Shown one piece after another: positions 24,954-36,440 of a stretch of 64,000 nucleotides of DNA. Source of the stretch: Macrostomum lignano (lineage: Eukaryota). Location of the stretch: NCBI GenBank assembly GCA_002269645.1, contig NIVC01000032.1:992001-1056000 (forward strand), written 5' to 3'. Within the stretch, counting starts at the first letter, position 1, and each line of letters begins with the position of its first letter. Under the pieces are notes generated by a model that was not told where the DNA came from, did no database searches, and saw nothing but the letters and a program-made list of their open reading frames with translations. Position numbers and translations under genes: made by a program.

Positions 24954-25361
24954 GTCCGTCGGGCAGTCTGATGGACGTCGAGACTGGAGACGAGGTCGAG
25001 GTAGGATTAGCTGGTTGATTGGTCTCAAGGAATTGTGTTCCCAGGAAGTTCTTTAAGCAAGTCTTCTAGGAAAGTGTCTTCAGGGAGTGTCTTAGGAAAG
25101 TGATCTAAATAAGCGTCTCAAGGTATTGTTTTAAGAACTTAGGACGTGTCCTAGGAAGTGTTTCAAGAACTAGGAGCTTTATTGAGAAGAGTCTTAGGAA
25201 AGTGCTTTATGAAGTTTCTTTTAAACCCTCCTATTAAGGAGGTGTCGCAGAAAAAAACGTAAAAAGTGTTTTTTTGAAAGACGTACGGTCGTAAAAACTA
25301 GACAATATATTGGTCTACATTTATATTCGTATATCGATCCAGCATCCATCAAGGCACTCGA

Positions 25362-25678
25362 TCTAGGCACACGATCTAGGCATCGATCTAGACGCACGAT
25401 TTAGGCATCGATCTAGGCACACGATCTAGGCATCGATCTAGGCATCGATCTAGGCATCGATCTAGGCATCGATCTAAGCATCGATCTAGGCACACGATTT
25501 AGGCACACGATCTAGACACATGATCTAGGCACACGATTTAGGCACACGATCTAGACACATGATCTAGGCACACGATTTAGGCACACGATCTAGGCACACG
25601 ACCTAGGCACACGATTTAGGCACACGATCTAGACACATGATCTAGGCACACGATTTAGGCACACGATCTAGGCACATT
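25362..25678. repeat. 12-13-bp minisatellite (gatctaggcacac / gatctaggcatc)n in the PARP intron
   Basis: Directly visible. Confidence 0.93.
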
Positions 25679-25760
25679 TTCATTTGTAAGTTTTCTGTTT
25701 TTAGTATGGATCGAAAAAGCTGTACTACTTGAAGTTTTATTTATTACTTCATACGCGAAG

Positions 25761-26219
25761 GACCCCGACGAAGACGACCAGACCGACGGTGAAAACGAGA
25801 ACCGGCCGGTTGTAAAGGTCGTTGGCCGACAGTCGCCATCAGCAGACGGCGACGTTCAACTGCTGCTCCAGCAGCTCCCAAAGTCCGGCACTGGTGACAA
25901 AGTTGCAGTTGTCGTTCCTCTTGGCGACCTTGGCCGACCAACTCCGCCGTGGGTTCGGCGGTATCGTCGAGGCGCTTTCAGCGGCTGCACCGATTGGCAT
26001 TCGCGCTATTCGGAGTATGTCGTGTCCGACGAATCTCGAATCCGCCTGCGCTATCTGGTGAGGTTTGCGTTCTGGCTGACAGATTCGGAAGATCTGGACG
26101 ATGATGAATTGGAAGCTGCGGACAAAGACATGGGAGATCCGGAGGGCCAGCAAGATGTGAAGAATGATAATGATGAGGAAGAAGATGAAGATGAGGATGC
26201 TGACGATGAAGAAGACTAA
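25761..26219 (+). CDS. PARP-family catalytic domain, last exon (VVKVVGRQSP...VVPLG...YSEYVVSDESRIRLRYLVRF plus acidic tail)
   Basis: Frame open from 25707 to TAA at 26219; YSEYVVSDESRIRLRYLV aligns with PARP1 YNEYIVYDIAQVNLKYLL. The ORF track shows only 26022 onward. Acceptor uncertain (25760 or 25704). Confidence 0.75.
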   Translation, partial: DPDEDDQTDGENENRPVVKVVGRQSPSADGDVQLLLQQLPKSGTGDKVAVVVPLGDLGRPTPPWVRRYRRGAFSGCTDWHSRYSEYVVSDESRIRLRYLVRFAFWLTDSEDLDDDELEAADKDMGDPEGQQDVKNDNDEEEDEDEDADDEED

Positions 26220-27479
26220 GTCTTGATCGGATGAGATTTCGAACGATTTTAATTGGCTTAAAGTGAGTTGTCCCCCCCAGGTGGTAGCCCAGTAGTTAAA
26301 AGATCAGCTGACGAAGAAAATAGTATCGTTCATGCTTTTGTAACTCTAATATAACAGTCGACCATTGTTAGTTTCTTAAGTGTCCAACCCACGCCATCAG
26401 GGCACTTTTTGTTAACACCCATTTAGATATAAATCGAGAGATATATTCATATAGAATTACCAAATAATAATTATAGTTCTATTTTCACTAGGGTCAAAGT
26501 GCACAACTGATGTACAAGGATGCAAAAATTAGGTGCAATTTTAAAATCCGTATTGGATTATGTCGACATTTTTGTTGAGTGTTGCTAAGTAGCTTTATAC
26601 GCTCGTAATTAAAATAACCTTTATAAGCAACGATATGTTTCTATTAAGTTTTATTTAGATGATATTATTAAAGCACGATTTTATCATTTTGCACAATTAC
26701 CAAAATACTCGTATAGCTAGTTCGCTAGAACTGTAGAACTGTAAAACGAGAGACGATCAAGATACTTCGAGCGTTTCTTGGAAAAAAAGACGCTAAGTTA
26801 ACGCGTTTTATTAACAAAGACATTTCGATTAGTTTCAAAAATGCCTTAATTCGCAAGTTTTCGATATTAATTTTAGTCTTTTTTAAATGACTACTAGCTT
26901 AATTTTTTATTTTTATACTATCATATAATATAAGCATAAGCTAGTTAAAGTAGCAACTTTAGGATTCGATTTCTAAATTTACCGGTATATAGCTAACGGA
27001 ACTTTGTTTTTTTAAACGCCATTTCATAATGCTATTTTGATATACAGAGTTGAATAACAATTTGTACTTTAGCTACTCGTATAATGATTGTAGACCGTTG
27101 AATCGGTTTTATTTTTTATTAATTGTTTATTTAATTTATGGAATCACTGTTTTACTGTTTAAAAAGTTTGATATCCAAAAACAAGATGTAAAAATCCTTT
27201 TTTGGTGGAATGCATCCAGATGAAGTTCTCTAATAATGGATAATTATTTCCAATCTAATGAGAAATGGCTACGTACAGTCTTTTATAACAAAAATAATTT
27301 CAATAATACTTTTAATCCTTGTGACTTTACAGTGTCCTTGTAGTTCTGAAATGTTTCATATTTTTTATAAATTATCACAATTTTCTGCATTTTTGAGAAA
27401 AATAAATAAATACACGACTATCTTACTTATATTTAACTATTATTTTCATTACTGCTGTTTGAATGACGTATTTTTCGGA

Positions 27480-27680
27480 CCTACTAAATTTTCTCAAAAT
27501 CTAAGTTTCATAAGACGTAAATTTTACAAGAAACAAGACCTAAATTTTATCACAAAACCTAAACTTCATGAGACCTAAATTTCACAGCACCTAAATTTTA
27601 CAGGACCTAACTTTCACACAAGGCCTAAAACTTCATGAGAACTAAATTTCACAAGACCTACATTTCATACCAGACCTAAA
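27480..27680. repeat. Degenerate ~17-bp repeat (gacctaaatttcacaa-like)
   Basis: Recurring cctaaattt/cacaagac motifs. Confidence 0.6.
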
Positions 27681-28131
27681 TGATAAAAGTCAAGTCAAAA
27701 CTATAAGCACATAACCGTTGCATTCAATGTAAACAATCAAGTAATACTGAATGCCAAGGGGTTACATGCCAATGTATGAATAAATATGTGTTATACGATA
27801 CTAAAGCACTGTGTATACACATGTAGCTAAAATGAATGTTGACCTTGAAACAACTTGCAGGATTGCATATTGTAAATACTTAAAGACCGCAAAGCGTGGG
27901 TATAAACTGTAGCCGAACGCACCAGCCTCCTACACAAGAAACCATGCTCTGCTTAGCATGCCACGGCACTCAGGGAACAATCTATTATGCATATTATATT
28001 ATGCAAAGTTCGATCCGTTTCAAACTGGTTGAACACGTGCCAAACTTTATACAATTATGCTAATTACCTAAATGCTAATTAGGTATGGCTATTGGATACA
28101 TGCATAGGCAATTTTATGCGTTTTTTAGCTG

Positions 28132-29000
28132 AGGCGCCGCAGACACTCATGCAGTTTGGCGCCGCAGACACTCATGCAGTTTGGCGCCGCAGGCACTCAT
28201 TTTGGCGCCGCAGGCACTCATTTTGGCGCCGCAGGCACTCATGCAGTTTGGCGCCGCAGACACTCATTTTGGCGCCACAGGCACTCAGGCACTCATTTTG
28301 GCGCTAGCTACAGGCACTTAGGCACTCATTTTCATAGCGCCACAGGCACTCAGGCACTCATTTTCATGGCGCCACAGGCACTCAGGCACTCATTTTCATA
28401 GCGCCACAGGCACTCAGGCACTCATTTTCATGGCGCCACAGGCACTCAGGCACTCATTTTCATAGCGCCACAGGCACTCAGGCACTCATTTTCATGGCGC
28501 CACAGGCACTCAGGCACTCATTTTCATGGCGCCACAGACACTCAGGCACTCATTTTGGCGCTACAGGCACTCAGGCACTCATTTTGGCGCTACAGGCACT
28601 CAGGCACTCATTTTGACGCCACAGACACTCAGGCACTCATTTTGACGCCACAGACACTCAGGCACTCATTTTGGCGCCACAGACACTCAGGCACTCATTT
28701 TGGCGCTACAGGCACTCAGGCACTCATTTTGGCGCTACAGGCACTCAGGCACTCATTTTGGCGCTACAGGCACTCAGGCACTCATTTTAACGCCACAGAC
28801 ACTCAGGCACTCATTTTCATGGCGCCACAGACACTCAGGCACTCATTTTGGCGCTAGCTACAGGCACTTAGGCACTCATTTTCATGGCGCCACAGGCACT
28901 CAGGCACTCATTAGGACGCCGCAGTCACTCATTTTGACGCCACAGACACTCAGTTACTCATTTTGGCGCTACAGGCACTTAGGCACTCATTTTGGCGCCC
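28132..29000. repeat. 21-32-bp minisatellite (ggcactcaggcactcattttggcgcyaca)n
   Basis: Units grow from ~21 bp to 29-32 bp by duplication of ggcactca. Confidence 0.95.
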
Positions 29001-29277
29001 TAGCTGAAGCAAAATTTCTAGATTTGAACAAGTCAATAGATTAAGGGGCCGGGACACATGCGGATCGACAACAGTGAATTATGATACACAACTGCATGTA
29101 GCTAAATGTGAAATATGTTTTTATGAATACAATTGCATATCATACGAGCGTACAAACATTAAAGTACTTACACCTGAGCTCTACGGCCATGTAAGATGCA
29201 GTAAACAACACGCTAAACTTAATTGCATTTAACTTGACAACAGAAGTACCGCAAAGTATCAGATAGCATCCAGTTTG

Positions 29278-29955
29278 CAGTCTGTCACTCCGTACACTCC
29301 CAGTCTGTTGACCACTCCTTACGCTCCCAGTCTGTCACTCCTTTACGCTCCCATTCTGTCACTTCTTCAGTTCCCAGTCTGTCACTCTCTCAGTTCCCAG
29401 TCTGTCACTGTCCTCAGTTCCCAGTCTGTCACTCTCTCAGTTCCCAGTCTGTCACTCTCTCAGTTCCCAGTCTATCACTCTCTCAGTTCCCAGTCTTTCA
29501 CTCCTTCAGTTTCCAGTCTTTCACTCCCTCAGTTCCCAGTCTATCACTCCCTCAGCTCCCAGTCTTTCACTCCTTCAGTTTCTAGTCTATCACTCTCTCA
29601 GTTCCCAGTCTGTCACTCTCTCAGTTCCCAGTCTGTCACTCTCTCAGTTCCCAGTCTGTCACTCTCTCAGTTCCCAGTCTGTCACTCTCTCAGTTCCCAG
29701 TCTATCACTCTCTCAGTTCCCAGTCTTTCACTCCTTCAGTTTCCAGTCTATCACTCCCTCAGTTCCCAGTCTATCACTCCCTCAGCTCCCAGTCTTTCAC
29801 TCTCTCAGTTCCCAGTCTTTCACTCCTTCAATTTCCAGTCTATCACTCCCTCAGTTCCCAGTCTATCACTCCCTCAGTTCCCAGTCTATCACTCCCTCAG
29901 TTCCCAGTCTATCACTCTCCCAGTCTATCACTCAGCTTCCAGTCTGTCACTTCTC
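29278..29955. repeat. 23-bp minisatellite (cagttcccagtctgtcactctct)n, block 1
   Basis: Directly visible; same family as 30548-31480. Confidence 0.95.
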
Positions 29956-30547
29956 CAGTACTCAGAAGAGTGCTATTGCAATAGGATACAAAGCAGCCTT
30001 AGGATGTATTATATTTGCCCATTAGCTGAAAGCAGCACACATGGAATTGGATATTTAATTTAGCCTGAAATTCTGTACAAGATCTGCAGTGCCTTCAGAC
30101 GAGACGGCAGAAATTTTCTGTGGCAACAAAAATGCATTTAGTTTTTGTGAAAGTGAAGTGAAGCTTGGTTAAGCAATGAAATAAGTTGCATCTGCAGTAG
30201 AGGCTTAGTGCGCAGTTTCAAGCAGTTGCAACTATACAGTTGGTGGTGTAGTTAAATATTCTTTAAAAAAATATTTTTCTGTTTCAATCTGTTGGAGTAT
30301 GCTAGTATGGAGTATGGAATTCCTTACACTGACAACATGCACGTCCTTATGCAGCCTACTGAACTTCCTTAAATGCAGCCAACAAGTTTGCTATCAATGT
30401 ACATGTAAAAATACTTTCTTGTTCTAATGAGTATTAATTCTGCTAGCCCCGTTCTCTAGCATAATGTATTTTTCAAAGTTTATATCGAAAGCCTTTCGAA
30501 TCAAATTTAGATTACCTAGCTAATTTACTTTGCAGAGTAAACAGGCG

Positions 30548-31480
30548 TCCAGTCTGTCACTCCCTCCAGTTCCCAGTCGGTCACTCCCCTCAGTTCCTAG
30601 TCTGTCACTGCCCTCAGTTCCCAGTCTGTCACTTCCCTCAGTTCCCAGTCTGTCACTCTCTCAGTTCCCAGTCTGTCACTCTCTCAGTTCCCAGTCTGTC
30701 ACTCTCTCAGTTCCCAGTCTGTCACTCTCTCAGTTCCTAGTTTGTCACTGCCCTCAGTTCCTAGTCTGTCACTGCCCTCAGTTCCCAGTCTGTCACTATC
30801 TTAGTTCCCAGTCTGTCACTCTCTCAGTTCCCAGTCTGTCACTCTCTCAGTTCCCAGTCTGTCACTCTCTCAGTTCCCAGTCTGTCACTCTCTCAGTTCC
30901 CAGTCTGTCACTCTCTCAATTCCCAGTCTGTCACTCTCTCAGTTCCCAGTCTGTCACTGCCCTCAGTTCCCAGTCTGTCACTGCCCTCAGTTCCCATTCT
31001 GTCACTGTCCTCAGTTCCCAGTCCGTCACTCTCTCAGTTCCCAGTCTGTCACTCTCTCAGTTCCCAGTCTGTCACTGTCCTCAGTTCCCAGTCTGTCACT
31101 CTCTCAATTCCCAGTCTGTCACTCTCTCAATTCCCAGTCTGTCACTCTCTCAATTCCCAGTCTGTCACTCTCTCAGTTCCCAGTCTGTCACTGTCCTCAG
31201 TTCCCAGTCTGTCACTCTCTCAGTACCCAGTCTGTCACTCTCTCAGTACCCAGTCTGTCACTGTCTCAGTTCCCAGTCTGTCACTGTCCTCAGTTCCTAG
31301 TCTGTCACTGCCCTCAGTTCCCAGTCTGTCACTGCCCTCAGTTCCCAGTCTGTCACTCTCTTAGTTCCCAGTCTGTCACTCTCTTAATTCCCAGTCTGTC
31401 ACTGCCCTCAGTTCCCAGTCTGTCACTGTCCTCCGTTCCCAGTCTGTCACTGTCCTCAGTTCCCAGTCTGTCACTGCTTC
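30548..31480. repeat. 23-bp minisatellite (cagttcccagtctgtcactctct)n, block 2
   Basis: Directly visible. Confidence 0.96.
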
Positions 31481-32080
31481 AGTCAGAGCAAACCAAAAAT
31501 TAATAAAACCCGTCAGAGAAGAGTATCTTTCTCACTCCTCACATCTCTATCGCTTGTTATTTATGATGCAAGAGATATTCTGTGCCAGGCTTTACTAATT
31601 CTCTGCTTATATAATTATTACGCAATAACCCAGCATGAGTACTAACTTATTTTAGAGCTTTTCGTCTCTAAACTCGTTCTTATAATTAATTGCATTGTTA
31701 TACAAACATAATTACTCTGTAAATCTATCTATCTGTAACTAGTATAGTATAGGCTATTTATACTTACATAACAAGCGATTCTAGCTAACTGGATAGAGGA
31801 GAGAGCAGAGGAGAGAGGAGAGGAGAGAGTTTGTCACGCACACAGGGCAGAAAGATTCGAGTTTGTGCGGGTTTTTTTTCGACGAACGCGCTCGACAAGC
31901 AACCGTTGGCCCGGCCCAGCGATTCTTGAAAACTCGACTCTTGAAACCCTTTGAATAGCTAATATATAGCTGTGTATAGAAGATCTGCAGAGCCTAGCTG
32001 TCTCTCTCTCTCATTTAATAAAGTGCCGCGTTTGATCCTGATTTCAAGTCGTGAGCCAGAAAATTGTAAGATTAACTGGC

Positions 32081-32107
32081 ATGGACCGATCGACCGTTTG
32101 GGCAGAG
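32081..32107 (+). CDS. ANKS1: ANKS1-like adaptor, candidate first coding exon (MDRSTVWAE)
   Basis: ATG with an in-frame TGA upstream (32039), donor GAG|gtgagt; the join WAE|IDSILASMD resembles the ANKS1 EW.E-I.KIMSSI motif. Confidence 0.7.
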
Positions 32108-32511
32108 GTGAGTTACCACTGAATAGTAAAGTTTTATTTACATTTTTTTTCAAAACACTACACTGAGGCGGAAGGCCTTATAGTTTCAATAGATGGAATG
32201 GCAGCGAAGAGTTTGTGCTGCTTTGCGCGTGTATTTATATATTTACAAACAACGCCAGATTGAGGGGCCAAGGGAGGTGCGAAAAGGTGGCATGGCGTGA
32301 TTGGCTACGCCAAGCCCCCCCCCCGGCTTAGCGAGCCGGCTAGCTTGGCGCGTACCCACCCCACCTCAGCTAGACAGAGGCGGGGGGGTTTCCAGTGCGG
32401 CTGCACTGGTGCTGCCGGTCGCGTAGTCTGGCCGCCACAACACGTATTTTTGTCTAAGGTTTAGTCGGTGCCTTATAGTTCTACAATGCTGTTAGTCCAT
32501 TCTTCTTTCAG

Positions 32512-32815
32512 ATCCCAGTCTATCACTCCCCTCAGCTCCCATCTATCACTCTATCACTCCCTCAGCTCCCATCTATCACTCTGTTTCTCCCTCAGCTCCT
32601 ATATATCACTCTATCACTCCTTCAGCTCCCATCTATCACTCTATCACTCCCTCAGCTCCCATCTATCACTCTATCACTCCCTCAGCTCCCATCTATCACT
32701 CTATCACTCCCTCAGCTCCCATCTATCACTCTATCACTCCCTCAGCTCCCATCTATCACTCTATCACTCCCTCAGTTCCCATCTATCACTCTGTCACTCC
32801 CTCAGCTCCCATCTG
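32512..32815. repeat. 30-bp minisatellite (ctcagctcccatctatcactctatcactcc)n
   Basis: About 10 units, in ANKS1 intron 1. Confidence 0.94.
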
Positions 32816-32819
32816 AGGG

Positions 32820-33252
32820 AGAGTGGGTCACTCCTTCATTTAACAGTGGGTCACTCCTTCATTTAACAGTGGGTCACTCCTTCATTTAACAGTGGGTCAC
32901 TCCCTCATTTAATAGTGGGTCACTCCCTCATTTAACAGTGGGTCACTTCCTCATTTAACAGTGGGTCACTCCTTCATTTAACAGTGGGTCACTCCCTCAT
33001 TTAACAGTGGGCCACTCCTTCATTTAACAGTGGGTCACTCCTTCATTTAACAGTGGGTCACTCCCTCATTTAACAGTGGGTCACTCCCTCATTTAACAGT
33101 GGGTCACTCCCTCATTTAACAGTGGGTCACTCCTTCATTTAACAGTGGGTCACTCCCTCATTTAACAGTGGGTCACTCCCTCATTTAACAGTGGGTCACT
33201 CCCTCATTTAACAGTGGGTCACTCCCTCATTTAACAGTGGGTCACTCCCTCA
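32820..33252. repeat. 23-bp minisatellite (cactccctcatttaacagtgggt)n
   Basis: About 18 units ending ~40 bp before the ANKS1 exon 2 acceptor. Confidence 0.95.
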
Positions 33253-33293
33253 GTCTTATAAAAAACCAGTCGATCTTTTACCAAAATTCACAG

Positions 33294-33638
33294 ATTGACT
33301 CCATCCTGGCATCGATGGACCCAAATCGATCGTCTTGGATTTCACTGCTCCAGCATCAGCAGCAGCACCAGCAGCTCAGCCTTAAACGCCAGTCTGACTT
33401 GTCCATATCAGCCTCCCGAGATGATGCTTCTCCTTTGTCCGAATTTGCTCACTTAAACCCCAGAAATTCTTGTCTCGAGTCCGAGTTTAACAGCAGAGCA
33501 AGCGAAGCTGCTCGAGCATCAGTAGCGGCTGCTCTAATCGACTTTCTGGTCAGCTTGGAAGACTGGGCAACTCTGAACCGGCTTGAAGAGACGGTGCCAG
33601 TGCTGCTAAATTATGGATTTGACTGTGCCAGCTTCATT
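33294..33638 (+). CDS. ANKS1: ANKS1-like exon 2 (linker and start of SAM1)
   Basis: Acceptor aattcacag, donor ATT|gtaagt, phase 0/0; ends ...VLLNYGFDCASFI. Confidence 0.85.
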
Positions 33639-33708
33639 GTAAGTAAATCACTTACTCAGAGGCTTTTAAAAATGCTTTAAATTAATTAGTCTTCTGATTT
33701 TTTTACAG

Positions 33709-33817
33709 AATGACGTAATCACGGAGGAAGATTTACAGGAAATGGGGATCTTGTGTCCCGGCCAACGGAGGCACATCCTGGTCGCTGTGCTCGACTTGCC
33801 GAAAGGGATTCAGACTG
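33709..33817 (+). CDS. ANKS1: ANKS1-like exon 3 (SAM1: NDVITEEDLQEMGILCPGQRRHILVAVLDLP)
   Basis: Acceptor ttttacag, donor G|gtgagg; SAM helix 3-5 motif. Confidence 0.9.
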
Positions 33818-33998
33818 GTGAGGCGTACAAGTATTTATAGTTGACAGACCTGCAGGCTAAACAAAATAACAAGACAGACACAAGGACTATACACACATTT
33901 TCAAACAATGTCCTTAACAGTTTAAGACAGACACTAAGGCAGAAGCAGACAAGCACAAAGACACACAAAAACCAGCACTACTTAATTCTCAACAACAG

Positions 33999-34144
33999 TC
34001 GCAGCTTCCCTGTCCGCATCTGCCACTGTGGAGACATTCCTGCAACGGTTGTGCCTTCAACAGCATCTGGCAGCCGAGTTCAAAGAGCTCCGTCACTGTC
34101 TGGTTGACTGCCTGGCTGGTGTAACGGACAGAGAATTGAATTTG
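33999..34144 (+). CDS. ANKS1: ANKS1-like exon 4 (SAM2 N-terminal part)
   Basis: Phase 1 in, phase 0 out; acceptor caacag, donor TTG|gtaggt; open frame. Confidence 0.85.
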
Positions 34145-34228
34145 GTAGGTTTTTGCAAAAACCTGCACCGTATTTTTCTACTAATTCTTACAGAACCGAC
34201 ACTATAATCTTGTAAATTGCTCCTTCAG

Positions 34229-34618
34229 AAGTATCAAATCCATCAGCTGGGTCACAGGCGTCGTATTCTGCGCTGTTTGAGTCGATTAAGTCTTCGATCG
34301 AGTCCTAATCTGCTGCTATGCCAACAACAACAACAACAACAGCATGGTAACAGAGTGTCTTATAACAATTTTAACTCGTTGGATCGAACAATAGACTCCA
34401 AATATCCAGCATCCAGAATTCAACAGTCGCTACCCCAAGAAACCAACAAGCAGCCGAATCAGATGTTGCAGATTCACCGAAAACGTCAAAAACGAAAAAA
34501 AGAAAGTTCGATGAAACAATTGGATCATCGGAAATCGGCGTTCAAGCCTGAAGTGAAGCCGGGGTGGCCGCATCACCCGCAGGTGCTACTTGGTGGTCGA
34601 GTAGCCTATGCTGTGTCG
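34229..34618 (+). CDS. ANKS1: ANKS1-like exon 5 (SAM2 end LGHRRRIL, Gln-rich linker, start of PTB)
   Basis: Acceptor tccttcag, donor TCG|gtgagt; LGHRRRIL and W.H.P motifs as in ANKS1. Confidence 0.9.
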
Positions 34619-34779
34619 GTGAGTCAGTGCTGTGCTGTGAAGATTCTTAGCGACAATGAGGGGGAGGCTTCCCAAGCATTAATGAATGCACTAAAATTTC
34701 CGGTTGTGATATTTTTAATCGTCGAAGCGTCTCAATACCTAAACGTCACTTTAATGCGTAAACGTCAAAATGCTTAAAT

Positions 34780-35070
34780 GTCGCACCTAAGCGTCACAAT
34801 GGCTAAACTTTACAATGGCTAAACGTCTCAATGCCTAAACGTCACAATGCCTAAACGTCACAATGCCTGAACGTCACAATGCCTAAACGTCACAATGCCT
34901 AAACGTCACAATGCCTAAACTTCATAATACCTAAATGTCAAACCTAAGCGTCGCAATACCTACCGTAAACGTAACAATGCCTAAATGTCACTTTAATACC
35001 TAAAAGTCACAGTGCCTAAACGTTTCAATGCCTAACGCCACAATGCCTAAGCATCACAATGCCTTAAATT
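34780..35070. repeat. 16-bp degenerate minisatellite (aatgcctaaacgtcac)n
   Basis: Directly visible in ANKS1 intron 5. Confidence 0.88.
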
Positions 35071-35298
35071 CACCATCCTTAAACATCAAAATACATAAAG
35101 GTCATGGGGTCAAGCACCTCAATACCTAAACTTAACATCGACGTTAAAATACTTTAGGCATCCGAAATCCTTCCCCTTAGCTTATAAGGTTATCTAAGCT
35201 TTACGCTGCTTAAAATAAGTTTCACATTTTTCAAAAGTTTTTAACCATCCAAAAATGGTTTCATTCCCATTACTCGTTTACTACCATTTCATTCCCAG

Positions 35299-35457
35299 TA
35301 TCTCGGCTTTCGCCCGGTCAAGGACCACACAGACAGAGGCGAGGCCGAGTGTCACATGCGCCATTTTCGATGCAAAAGTGCCGACATATTGAAATTGCCG
35401 CAGATCAGCTTGTCGATCAGCTGCTTGGGCGTGAAGTTTGTCAATCCGGACAACGAG
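35299..35457 (+). CDS. ANKS1: ANKS1-like exon 6 (PTB: YLG...LSISCLGVKFVNPDNE)
   Basis: 159 nt, phase 0/0, canonical splice sites. Confidence 0.92.
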
Positions 35458-35628
35458 GTGAGGGAAGACTTAACGGACTAGATTTCATCGCTAGCAAGGT
35501 TTTTGTAACGAACAGCTTCAGATAGGATGTTTATGGGAATAGCCACCCTGGTATTCGTTAGCTTTATGAAGCTGCTCAACAGAAATCTTCACCAATTATA
35601 CTACTACTAAGAACATCCAACCTTGCAG

Positions 35629-35766
35629 ATGGTAATTACTGAGCACAGAATCACCGACATCTATTTTGTCAGTCAGGACAGCTCGCTCAGATCGAACTTT
35701 GCCTACATCATCAGGGACAGCTCCAGTGGCACTCACTACTGCCACTGCTTTGCCTCCCACTCTGGA
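35629..35766 (+). CDS. ANKS1: ANKS1-like exon 7 (PTB: ITEHRITDI...FAYIIRD...HYCHCF)
   Basis: 138 nt, phase 0/0; FAYI.KD...HYCH.F is the ANKS1 PTB signature. Confidence 0.93.
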
Positions 35767-35859
35767 GTGAGTTTGCCGTTTTCCTAGCTAATAACTTTTA
35801 TTCTCGATGCAGTTTCTGTGGGATATTTTTGTAGCTTTTCAGGTTAGCTGCACAAGCTT

Positions 35860-35945
35860 GTAGCTTCACAAGCTCGTAGCTCCACAAGCTTGCAGCCATA
35901 AGGCTCGTAGCTCCACAAGCTTGCAGCTATGACGCTCGTAGCTCA
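35860..35945. repeat. Short tandem repeat (acaagcttgcagc / gctcgtagctcc), ~3 copies
   Basis: Directly visible in ANKS1 intron 7. Confidence 0.75.
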
Positions 35946-35994
35946 ACTTGACGCTATAAGTTTCTATTACAGAACCGATCATATCCACTTGCAG

Positions 35995-36108
35995 GATGCC
36001 GCCGTCCTGATCGTCAACACCCTGCAGGAGGCCTGCAGCTTGGCTGATCAGCTCATTGAATTCAACAGCAGGCGAACTGACCAAAGACGTCAGCAGTCTG
36101 ATGCATAA
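35995..36108 (+). CDS. ANKS1: ANKS1-like last exon (PTB C-terminal helix, DAAVLIVNTLQEACSLA...)
   Basis: Acceptor ccacttgcag, TAA at 36106-36108. Total model ~475 aa. Confidence 0.88.
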   Translation, partial: DAAVLIVNTLQEACSLADQLIEFNSRRTDQRRQQSDA

Positions 36109-36440
36109 GGGCAGTTGTAAATATTGCAAAACATTTTGGTGAAAATTCAATCCCAAACCAATCTGATCTGTCTCTCGACTAAACTCACTTTCAATATTTA
36201 TAGTCTGCAATAATTGCTACTGTTAGTACTGTGGTAAGATAAACTTGTAACCGAAGCAGATATATAGCTAGCTAGCTTTGAAATGTACCCATAAATACAT
36301 AAAATTTGTGTAACTTGTGCATGTTTTCATTGAACTACGCGCTTTCTGTCGGTGAGATTAAAGAGACAATCGATGGGTCTTTTTGTTATAAAGCATTCGA
36401 GCAACTTGAATGCATATTGAACTGAAGGTGTTGTAAGATA

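Noticed and set aside
22299-31300. ORFs of 100-260 aa at 22.3, 28.1-29.0, 29.3 and 30.5 kb
   Set aside because: Minisatellite read-through, open in several frames at once.
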